From the NCBI RefSeq assembly GCF_004010195.1, contig NC_057752.1, positions 13,159,467 to 13,179,466 on the forward strand: 20,000 bases of DNA. Reading direction: 5' to 3'. Every line of letters begins with the position of its first letter. Positions within the stretch are counted from its first letter, which is position 1. Position numbers and translations under genes: made by a program. Under the pieces are notes generated by a model that was not told the DNA's origin, searched no databases, and saw only the letters and a program-made list of their open reading frames with translations. This document shows, in pieces, positions 10,510 to 19,419 of this stretch. The DNA is from Chiloscyllium plagiosum (lineage: Eukaryota).

Positions 10510-11222
10510 TCAGAATTTGGATGTCACTGACTAGGCTAGTATTTACTGCCCATCCGCACCTGTCCACAAGAAACATAGAAAATAGGGGCAAGAGTAAGCC
10601 ATTCGGCCCTCCGAGTGTGCAGCACCATTCAATACAATGGCTGATAATGCAACCTCTCCCCTTAATCCCTTTAGTCACAAGGGCCATGTCAGCTCCCTCT
10701 TGAATCTAATGAAGTGGCCCCAGCAGCTTCCTGTGGAAGAATTCCACAGGTTCACAACTCTCTGGAGGGAAGACGCTCTTCCTTATCCCAGTCCTCAATG
10801 GCTTTCCTCTTATTCTTAAGGCTGTGATGGTGAGCCACCTTCTCAAACTACTGCAGTCAATAGTGGGGAATGAACACCCACAATGCCCTGAGGGAGGGAG
10901 CTCCAGGATATTGACCCAGTGACACTGAAGGAACAGCGATATATTTCCCAGTCAGGATGGTGTGGGGCAGCTTGCAGTGGGGTGGTGCTCCTATATATGC
11001 CAGACCACTCGATGTTAGAGATCGCTCATTTGCAAGGAACTGCAGAAGGAAGCTTGGCAAGTGGGTACGTCTTGTAGATGGTACACAGTGCTGTCATTGT
11101 GCGCTGGTGCAATAGGAGATGAACGTTTAAGGTGTTAGATCAAGCAGGCTTTGTCAGAGAAAGTGTCAAGCGAGTATTCAGTTACATTCCCAATTTGTGC
11201 CTTGAAGATGGTGGACAGACTT
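10510..11222 (-). mobile_element. 3' fragment of a second LINE family (CR1/L2 group), split by a younger CR1 (pieces ~10510-10560 and ~10822-11222)
   Basis: Tail ggatgggcagtaaatactagcctagtcagtgacatccaa on the minus strand resembles the SINE tail at 2439-2490. The upstream body (gatatatttcccagtcaggatgg, cttgtagatggtacacagtgctg) is a recognisable shark LINE 3' region. Confidence 0.65.
10563..10820 (-). mobile_element. CR1 3'-end fragment nested in another LINE
   Basis: aaacatagaaaataggggcaagagtaagccattcggccc (reverse of the CR1 end) and gaattccacaggttcacaactctctgg, homologous to 7222-7250. Confidence 0.82.
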
Positions 11223-11225
11223 CTC

Positions 11226-11317
11226 GGGTCATTGGACTAGAAACATGAATTCTGCTTTCTCTCCACAGGTGCTGCCAGACCTACCGATTTGCTCCAGAAA
11301 TTTGTTTTTGTTCAGAT
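11226..11317 (+). mobile_element. Truncated hammerhead-type Penelope-like short repeat
   Basis: gggtcattggactaGAAAcatgaattctgctttctctccacaggtgctgccagacc...tttgtttttgtt. A stem II remnant and GAAA are present but the CTGAnGA box is absent. Confidence 0.7.
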
Positions 11318-11319
11318 AA

Positions 11320-12071
11320 AGTCAAGAGATGTACAGCATAGAAACAAACCTTCGGTCCAACCTGTCCATGCTGACCAGATATCCTAAATTAATCTAGTCC
11401 CATTTGCCAGCACCCAGCCTATATCCCTCTAAACCCTTCCTATGCATATACCCATCCAGGTGCATTTTAAATGTTGTAATTGTACCAGCCTCCACCACTT
11501 CCTCTGGCAGCTCATTCCATACACGCACCACCCTCTGAGTGAAAAAGTTCCCCCTCAGATCTCTTTTATATCTTTCCCCTCTCACCTTAAACCTATGCCC
11601 TTCTAGTTCTAGGCTCCCCGACCCTGGAGAAAATACTTTGTCTATTTATCCTATCCATGCCCCCCTTGATTTTATAAACCTCTATGAGGTCACCCCTCAG
11701 CCTTCGATGTTCCAGGGAAAACAGCCCCAGCCTGTTCAGCCTCTCCCTATAGCTCAAATCCTCCAACCCTGGCAACATCCTTGTAAATCTTTTATGAACC
11801 CTTTCAAGTTTCACAACATCTTTGCGATAGGAAGGAGACCAGAATTGCACGCAATATTCCAACAGTGGCCTAACCAATGTCCTGTACAGCTGCAGCATGA
11901 CCTCCCAACCCCTGTACTCAATACTCTGACCAATAAAGGAAAGTATACCAAAAGCCTCCTTCACTATCCTATCTACCTGCGACTCCACTTTCAAGGAGCT
12001 ATGAACCTGCACTCCAAGGTCTCTTTGTTCAGCAACACTTTCTGGGACCTTACCAGCGAGTGTAAAAGTCT
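11320..12071 (-). mobile_element. Young HER1/CR1 LINE 3' fragment (ORF2 C-terminus and 3' UTR)
   Basis: ORFs 11593..12084 (RDLGVQVHSSLK..LYRTLVRPLLEYCVQFWSP..RLRGDLIEVYKI) and 11394..11585 (LRGNFFTQRVVRVWNELP), separated by one frameshift. Confidence 0.95.
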
Positions 12072-12099
12072 TCGGCATCCACAACTCTTAGTCTTTTTA

Positions 12100-12798
12100 G
12101 ACCAATGACAAAGGCCTTTGCCAATCATAACTGTGATTGGTTCTCGGGTAGGTTGGAGCTGTGAACAAGACAGCGGGAAGCTAAGTGACCGTAACCAGCA
12201 CCACAGCTCTCAGTTCTCTGCAGTACAGCCACGCCTTAAATCAGAGGAAAACCAGTTCATTGCTCCTTCAACTGTTGTTGCGATGTGACTTCAAATTCCT
12301 AAGGTCAGAGATCTTTCAGAAGTGAGCCAGCCACCCTGTGCCTCTTGCAAACCAGTGGCAGAATCTGGAGAAGGATGCAGCATTCTGACCAGCCCAAGAA
12401 TCGTAATAATGATCTCAGTAACCCCTGTGAACAGGTACCACTGAACTGCATTCCCAGTTTTTCCCTCTGTCCATAACCTATATTTATTTTCCTAATTCCC
12501 CCAGTGAGTGTGCATTTGTCGAAGTAAAAGGGCAGCTTATAAAGAAATTATAGTGTCAATGAGTAGAGCTGTATTCTGATGGTTCATAACTGCTGACTTG
12601 TAGCTCGTCTTCAATTATTTATTTGTAATAAACCACAATTCTTGTTGTTAAGTACAGAAACCTGGCCCGTGTTATCAACCTGGGTCTGAAAAAAATCAGG
12701 TAAATTGAATAATGTGGAGTGTGTACTTATTTTAAAATGTTTAACTTTTGTGACAACTTATTGGCTTTGCTGCCTACTACCTTAGAAAGTCATAACCA
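12100..12798 (+). mobile_element. Possible solo-LTR-like repeat remnant
   Basis: Non-coding block with AATAAA (~12627) followed by cttgttgttaagtacagaaacctgg and ending gtcataac, an architecture resembling fish solo LTRs. No TSD or 5' TG end was confirmed. Confidence 0.3.
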
Positions 12799-13051
12799 TC
12801 TCCTTCTACAAGATGCAGTGTTGGTAAACGTGATTTTTTTTTTTGCTAGGTCAATTCTTCAGCATCACAATTAGAAGGCAGCCATTCACAAAATCAAAAT
12901 AGTCTGTTCAAAACCTTTAAAGGAGAAATGAAGTGATCCACTCTGGTTGAACTACATTTGGAGAGATCAATATCTCTCACGTAAAAATTCTACTCCACTC
13001 CCATAACGCAAACGTCATACAACACACAATAACACACAAATACAAATTTAC

Positions 13052-13177
13052 CTGTGGATGTGGTCGCAGGATTCCCCCCTAATCCTGGCAGAGACCCCAC
13101 AGCAAGATTGGGGAAAGCCACATTTAGATTTGGAAAGTTGGGGAGATTGGTAAAGGCAGGTGGTGCGGTTATCAGAC
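13052..13177 (-). CDS. GORASP2: Internal coding exon of GRASP55/GORASP2-like gene
   Basis: Acceptor cttcatttccttcag|GT and donor ACAG|gtaaat. 126 nt, phase 1-1, reading (G)LITAPPAFTNLPNFPNLNVAFPNLAVGSLPGLGGNPATTST(G). Similar to recalled GRASP55 GLMPLPAGLPNLPNLNLNLP. Confidence 0.8.
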
Positions 13178-14121
13178 CTGAAGGAAATGAAGTGCACAGA
13201 ACCATCATGTAGAATTGTCAATAACTGCAAGGAGGAAATGCTCAAAATGTGTTATATTTGGATAACCACATGCACAACAGTAACAATTCCAACAGGTTCA
13301 GACTGTATTCTTACCACTTAGCTGCCTTCCAGCTTAGCTTTGGACCAGGTTAGGGAGACTCGATCTCCTGTTGGGAAAGCCTCCCATATATTCTACAGTG
13401 GTGGTGGGGGTTTTAGGCAAACTACAGAGTTGCAGCCATTTGGAAGAGATAATGTGCGTTACAAAATTCAGGCTGGAGAAAACTGGGCCCAGATGATTCC
13501 AGACCCCGTTCTGCGGGGGTCCAGTTTGGAGTGCAATTACTACTCGCTTGAGATATCAGAGACCTAACATAGCCTCTAAAACAACAGAACGGGAACTTGG
13601 CTAGGAGGAGGAGAATGAGGAGCAGCTTAGTTGTTGAAATCCAAGTAGAAAAACACAACATGCAGTTACATTAAAAATCATAGCACAGGAACGAACAGAT
13701 GTGCAAAGCTTCTTCAAAGGAAATCAGAGTGTGGCCAAAACTGGGACCTACATATTCCAAGTACTTGGCTATGGAGTAACTGTGATAACAAAGGGGGAGT
13801 TAAAGGTGTTAGTGAGAAAAGGACTGCAGCCTAGAACTCCAAGCTATGGAATGGGTCCAGTGGAGCTATGAGAGACATGGAGTTGCAGGAAATATGGGCA
13901 TGGATTTGGGAGACGCCAGCACATTCAGATTGCAAGTGGAGCAGAAGCTTGCAAAAACAGAGATGCCAAGGATTTTTTTTGCTTTTTTTTTGAGGGGGTT
14001 AACGAGAGCAGATTTGATAGAGGAAGGAGGGAAAGACCATTAAGAGGAGAGAACATAACAATAGTCAGCTAGCATGGGGACAAAGGAGGGAAGTCAGATC
14101 ATTTTGTGGGAAATCGGGCTG

Positions 14122-14872
14122 AAAGGGAATGGAGTATAAAGATAGGGAGGTCTTGCTAAAAACCAAACAAGGCACTAGTCAGACCACAGCCTGAATACTG
14201 TGAACAGGTTTGGAGCCCCTCAGCTAAGGAAAGACAGACATTGAAGGTTCACTGGGTTAATTCCAAAATGCGAGACGATGCATTTTGGAAGATCCAATTC
14301 AACAGCAAACTATACAGTAAGTCCTGGGGAAAATTGATGGACAGATCTGGGTGTTCAGGTTCATTGTTCCCTGAAAGTGGCAACACAGGTCAGTAGAGTG
14401 GTCAAGCATGCTTTCCTTCATCAGACGGGGTATTGAGTACAAGGGTTGGCAGGTCATGTTACAGTTGTATAGGACTTTGGTTCAGCCACAGGTGAAATAC
14501 TGCGTACAGTTCTGGTCGCCACATTACCAAAAGGATGTGGATGCTTTGGAGAGGGTGCAGAGGAGGGTCACCAGGATGTTGCCTGGTATGGAGGGGGCTG
14601 GCTATGAAGAGAGGTTGAGTAGATTAGGATTATTTTCATTCGAAAGGAGGTGGTTGAGGGGGGGACCTGATTGCAGTCTACAAAATCATGAGAGGTACAG
14701 ACAGGGTGGATAGCAAGGAGCTCAAAAATAGATTAGATTAGTTGTTGGAAAGAGAGGAAATATGGTGTAACGGGAACAGAGTAGATCCATGGGATTAGGA
14801 ATACTGCCCACGAAGATAAACACCACATTAAAAGGAGGCCAAAAACCCATTTCCATATTGTGATTGCTATGT
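14122..14872 (+). mobile_element. Composite CR1 fragments: younger piece ~14263-14721 inside or abutting an older copy
   Basis: ORF 14408..14713 reads MLSFIRRGIEYKGWQVMLQLYRTLVQPQVKYCVQFWSPHYQKDVDALERVQRR. The same ORF2 region appears, more decayed, at 14122-14262, and a decayed 3' end lies at ~14722-14872. Confidence 0.85.
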
Positions 14873-15266
14873 AGCTCTACATAAGTAGTTAAAAGACAAA
14901 AATGAATAACGTACTAAAAAGTGTAAACCATCGCCCATTTTGCATTGCCTCCTCGGGTGACCTTCTACGTCCCGCATTTCTTTGTATTTCTTAACCCTTT
15001 TACTGAACAAACACTAGGTTAATAGAGGGATAAGGGAATTCCTTTGACATAGCAAGGATTGACAGAGGGGGGCATGGTGAGGACAAAGGCATAATTTTAC
15101 ACCTCTTGGTAGTAGTTGATCACAAAGTGTTTAAACAAATAAGCAGCTTAACAAACATGTACAGAATATACCAAATAACTGATAATCACAAATTCATTGC
15201 TGCCATGGGGAGGGTGCACAACAAAAGTCTGTTCAAAGTCCACATGTACCATTGGACTGGGCATAC

Positions 15267-15356
15267 CTGGCACAGTAGTGGTGATGGCTGCATTGGCTAA
15301 TGACACAGTGAAAGGTTCATTCAAGGGGGCTGGGAACAATGAAAGACCTGCAGAAC
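15267..15356 (-). CDS. GORASP2: Internal coding exon of GRASP55/GORASP2-like gene
   Basis: Branch and acceptor ctctaactcttgttttcag|GT, donor CCAG|gtatgc. 90 nt, phase 1-1, reading (G)SAGLSLFPAPLNEPFTVSLANAAITTTVP(G). Similar to recalled GRASP55 GVPTVPLLPPQVNQSLTSVPPMNPATTLPG. Confidence 0.78.
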
Positions 15357-15877
15357 CTGAAAACAAGAGTTAGAGTTTACTGTAAAAGGACATTTTAAAA
15401 AATCGGAAGTGTAACATTACAGTTTCACTGGATTATCCTCAGCAGAATACAAATAAAGTATTGGTGTAGAAAGAATGAGATGCTGAAACTTTCTTTTGAT
15501 ATTTAAACTCAAGAAAAAAAAAAGTCTTCTATACCATTTCCGAGCATAGAAAGCAAGTTAAACAACTGCACTCCGTCATCCTACTCCTCAATTTCCATTT
15601 GGAACATGAAGTATTGGTGACAGATGACAATTGGCGAAAAGAAATTGCTAAAATGGAGGAATGTGAGGAGAGAGAGTGTTACTGTTTGCATACCTATCAT
15701 CCAAGCTGTGCATGCATACTCAGCTTCCTCAGTCACACACAGTAACATGGCGAAGCCAGTTCTGTGATCAACCACTTTGTATTTGTACATCACCCTGCAA
15801 TATCACATGTCTTGTACTATTGTTTGAGAAGTTTTAGAAGAGCTGGCTAGAGACATGGTTAAAAGGTGAAAGAGTCA

Positions 15878-16005
15878 AATAAAAACAAAATACTGCAGGT
15901 GCTAGGAACCGGAGAGTTGCTGCCAAAGAGTCATACCAGACTCCAAATGTTAACACGGTTTCTCTCTCCAGAGATGCTGCCAGACGTGCTGAGATTTTTT
16001 CCAGG
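15878..16005 (+). mobile_element. Hammerhead-type Penelope-like short repeat with inverted 5' piece; core decayed
   Basis: Inverted tail piece aaataaaaacaaaatactgcaggtgct, then CTGccaa-a-GAGTC-atacca-GACTC-cAAA-tgttaac (15920-15954) and the family tail. Stem II is intact but both catalytic boxes are mutated. Confidence 0.75.
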
Positions 16006-16189
16006 AAAGGGTTAAAACCTGACAGGGGGTAGAAACAGAGAGGCTTGGTGAGAGATTACTCCATGAAGAAAACGGACAACTGATCGCCATGCACCAGGAG
16101 GCCAACAGCAAAAAACAACAAGTCCATAAGACAAGAAAACTGGGACATAGTAATAGAAAAAGCTGCAGAGACAGGTTAGGGTAAGAGTC

Positions 16190-16560
16190 TGGCAAGTTGT
16201 AAATGGAGCCCAACATAGGGCAAGGGGCCAATGGAATTCAGCAAGTGTAGAGGGTGATAGGCAATAGGCAAGGAAGTCTTTCAAGGAGACAGACTGCAGC
16301 TTTGGATGAATTGGTGTTCGTATACAGTGAAGGTCATGGGGACTGAAGTTTAAGTCACAATGCAATGAAAAGCAGAGGTGAGAAGGTGTAAGCAAGAGAG
16401 GTACAAGCGATGGCAGTCAAGGGTGCAGAGGTAGAGCTATGCAGTCTTAAACAATGGGTGAGATATAGTTTTGAGGCTTGACCCAGAGCACTTGAACAGG
16501 ATGGAGATTGAGATAGAGATCGGGGGAAAAAAAAAGGTATGAATTTCCAGTGGAAACTAA
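16190..16560 (-). mobile_element. Possible old L2-like LINE remnant
   Basis: Purine-rich + strand with decayed motifs resembling shark L2 sequence. A similar block lies at ~13590-14120. Recognition is weak. Confidence 0.3.
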
Positions 16561-16751
16561 GTAAGGTGCATTTGGATGTTCTCATTATGTAAATGTTGTG
16601 TTAGGTCAGCAGCCCGACAAGAAAGACAACAATGAAAGCCAGAGTGGCAGGACAGCGAGTGAGAGCGACAGAGACAGACGAGTTGTCGAAGTAAAAACAC
16701 TCCAGTGTGTGGAAGTCTACATAAAACATCTTTTGTATATGTTTTAATTGT

Positions 16752-16847
16752 AAGCAAAGTGCTGGAGAAACTCAGCAGATCTGGCAGCATCTGTGGAAGG
16801 GAAAAAAACAGTTAACATTTCGAGTCCAGTGAGCCTTCTTCAGAACC
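16752..16847 (-). mobile_element. Hammerhead-type Penelope-like short repeat
   Basis: Reverse orientation of the family tail (gtgctggagaaactcagcagatctggcagcatctgtgg) joined to the ribozyme motif. Confidence 0.82.
16809..16847 (-). ncRNA. Minimal type I hammerhead ribozyme motif
   Basis: GGTT-CTGAAGA-A-GGCTC-actg-GACTC-GAAA-TG-TT-AACT. Both catalytic boxes are intact, stem I is GGUU/AACU, and stem II has one G-U and one mismatch. Confidence 0.6.
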
Positions 16848-17200
16848 AAAAGCAAGGTGAGAAATGGTGGCGATTGCGAATACCCCTTTCCAAATGAAGC
16901 AACCTCTGGGACAGTCTGGGACCTTCCCCTCGTCAGAGAGATGCCTGAAGATTTATTTGAGCATCACGTGAATCTTAAATCAAACCATGATCTAACTTTA
17001 AACATGAACAGTGAATTTAAAAACCCACTTGGCTAAAAGCAGCAATTTCCAAATATTGGGCATTAACATCTGATTCTAGTCACTATAAACTGAAAGTGAC
17101 TGAAGCAGTAATAGCTGATAACCTGACAACAGAAATAACACCCAACTCCTACCACAACTGCAGTTGCATCTGTCTTAGCAATAAACACTGAGTTTATATT

Positions 17201-17367
17201 AAAAAAAACAGAAAATGCTCAAAATTATTAGCATGCCTGTTTTTCTCTCTCTAAAGATGCTGCCAGAGTTAACATTTCAGGTCTGTAACCTATTGTGGTA
17301 AGTGGTTACAGACCCTAAACATTAACGATTATTCTTGCAACAGCATCCACAATATTTTCTGTCTTTG
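17201..17367. mobile_element. Head-to-head inverted pair of the hammerhead-type repeat, decayed
   Basis: 23-nt arms 17268-17290 and 17304-17326 are reverse complements (19/23), with family tails facing outward. Confidence 0.72.
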
Positions 17368-17769
17368 CTACAATAAGCCAGAGTCATTGGAGATGAGGAG
17401 GTCCATCATTTTCAATTTAATTTAGTCGCAATCCTAAAGCTATGGAAGGCAAAAGGGCACAAGCAGTACCACAGAGAAACAGTCTGAAGATATCGCTGAC
17501 TTATGCAGCCACAAGAACATAAAAGCTCTTTGTAGTCCAGGGACTAGATGGTTCAAGGTTGAACCTCTAGGGAAGAGCTCAAACTGCTGTTAGATAGACT
17601 TTCATAAGACTCCGACAAGAAATACGTTTAACTGGATATTGAGCAAAGCCAGGTCAGGTACAGCAAGGATTAGAAGATGACATTGAGCAATGAAATGTAA
17701 TAAATAGAAACAATTCTCCCATCATCCCAACTTAAAACATAAAAACGGAATAACTGGAGGCTGATATTA

Positions 17770-17863
17770 GAGTCAGAGATATACAGCATGGAAACAGACC
17801 CTTCGGTCCAACTCATCCATGCTGACCAAATATCCCAATCTAATCTAGTCCCACCTGCCAGCA
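17770..17863 (-). mobile_element. HER1/CR1 extreme 3' tail fragment
   Basis: Closely matches 11320-11412 (tacagcatggaaacagacccttcggtccaac..ccatgctgacca..aatctagtccca). Confidence 0.9.
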
Positions 17864-17959
17864 CGTGTTGCTGCTGATCCCAATTTCTCTTGCGAGCTGC
17901 AGTAAAATTAGGTGCCTTCTGTACATGGCTCAACAACGCATGGAGCTAGATCAAAGGCA

Positions 17960-18084
17960 AACATTGAATGATGGAGAAACTCTGCACAGTTGGCAGCATC
18001 CATTAAGACAGAAGCAGAGTTAATGTTTCGAGCCCGGTATGACTCCTCAGAACTAGATCTAGTTGCCTGCATTTTTGTTTTGTT
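17960..18084 (-). mobile_element. Hammerhead-type Penelope-like short repeat with palindromic junction
   Basis: Minus strand reads AGTT-CTGAG-GAGTC-ataccg-GGCTC-GAAA-CA-TT-AACT, a core 3 nt shorter than the 16809 copy. Perfect palindrome aactagatctagtt at 18051-18064. Confidence 0.75.
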
Positions 18085-18479
18085 GATAAGCGAGATGGTA
18101 CTAGTCACGGACTAAGGCCCATGATACAAGTCAGGAAACCGACAGATGGCAGAACAGACAGTTTGGAGGGCTTACAAAAGCCAGAATTAGAGAAAGGAGG
18201 TAATGCAGTGACTCATGAGAAGCAATTTTCTCAATAAGCAGCAACAGTAGATATTAGAAGACCATGTACTATTTTTCATTGGTGCACAGAAGTAGTCAAC
18301 AGTTGTAGGTAGAACAACAGTAAAAAAGCAGAGGATGAAGTGGACCATGGTGCAGAGATTATAACCTCACTAATTTTAGAGTTATTCACTCAATATCCGT
18401 TTTTATAATGGAAACTGTTTTGCATAAACTCAGTGCAACTGCACATTGCCAGTGACAGCACTGCAGGATACAATTGGAG

Positions 18480-18615
18480 GAGAAAGTGAGGACTGCAGAT
18501 GCTGGAGATCAGAGCTGAAAATGTGTTGCTGGAAAAGCGCAGCAGGTCAGGCAGCATCCAGGGAACAGGAGAATCGATGTTTCGGGCATAAGCCCTTCTT
18601 CAGGATTCCTGAAGA
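18480..18615 (-). mobile_element. 136-bp hammerhead-bearing retroposed element with 16-bp target-site duplication
   Basis: Flanked by identical caggatacaattggag at 18464-18479 and 18616-18631. Contains the ribozyme motif and the family tail ggatgctgcctgacctgctgcgcttttccagca. Confidence 0.92.
18571..18608 (-). ncRNA. Minimal type I hammerhead ribozyme motif (Penelope-like-element type)
   Basis: GAATC-CTGAAGA-A-GGGC-ttat-GCCC-GAAA-CA-TC-GATTC. Perfect 5-bp stem I and 4-bp stem II, both catalytic boxes intact, AUC triplet, vestigial stem III. Confidence 0.75.
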
Positions 18616-19258
18616 CAGGATACAATTGGAGCCTGATAAGGTTAATGGAGGCAGCTTCCATGATAAATTCTTCATAAAGCCAAATGCAGAGTTGACAGTG
18701 AGTGCAAACGGATAGAAGATTCACATTAGAAACGTTAGAGCTGTTGAACCAAGTGTGCAGTGTGAAAGAGAAAGTCAAGCATCAGGGAGACTGCTTTAAC
18801 TGAGCAGACGTAGGAACTGTGTTTGAGGATCTGATCAGCCAGAGACAAAAGGATGTTAAAATGGATGAAGGAGTCAAAAAGGAGAGAGGAAGGAGCGGTT
18901 GATTGACCAGAGAGATGATAAGCTCACTTTGAGGAATTAAAAAAAAAAAACACATTTTGATAGCTTTACTGAAGCAACTGTTTTTTTTTGCTAAAACCGG
19001 ATTCATCCACTGCAATGCAAGGGGTCTGAAGATTGAACAAACAGAAGGAGGTGACCTGGAGGAACTGACTCAGCAAAGGAACACGAGTAACGACAACATG
19101 TAGGAGCAGCCCTGATGATAAAGAACTCCAAAGGACAATTTCATGTTTTATTATATGCATGACAAAATCTTCAACATGCAGAAAATTACTTAGCAGGCTG
19201 TAAATGACCGCATTAAAAAATTAATTCAAGGAACGTGAGCATAGCTGGCTGAGCAGGC

Positions 19259-19400
19259 ACGAGAGTGAGGGAGCGAGAGCGAGAGCGAGAGCGAGAGCGA
19301 GAGAGAGCGAGAGAGAGAGCAAGAGCAAGCACAGGCTCTCTCTCTCCGCGCGAGAGAGAATGTGTGAGACAGAGTGAGAGCGCGAGAGAGCGCCCGAGAG
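19259..19400. repeat. (GAGAGC)n/(GA)n microsatellite and GA-rich low-complexity tract
   Basis: gagcgagagcgagagcgagagcgagagcgagagagagc..., with an inverted CT tract at 19336-19346. Confidence 0.95.
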
Positions 19401-19419
19401 AACCAACTCCAGGAAGGTT

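Noticed and set aside
11539..12108. Longest ORF (189 aa, +)
   Set aside because: Antisense shadow of the CR1 ORF2 fragment.
16752..16859. Possible 10-bp TSD (aagcaaagtg / aagcaaggtg) around the 16752 copy
   Set aside because: Imperfect, and the left copy overlaps the element's own tail.
15357..19250. Next upstream GORASP exon (VQLSSV...-like)
   Set aside because: No segment with matching peptide and splice sites was found; it probably lies beyond 20000.
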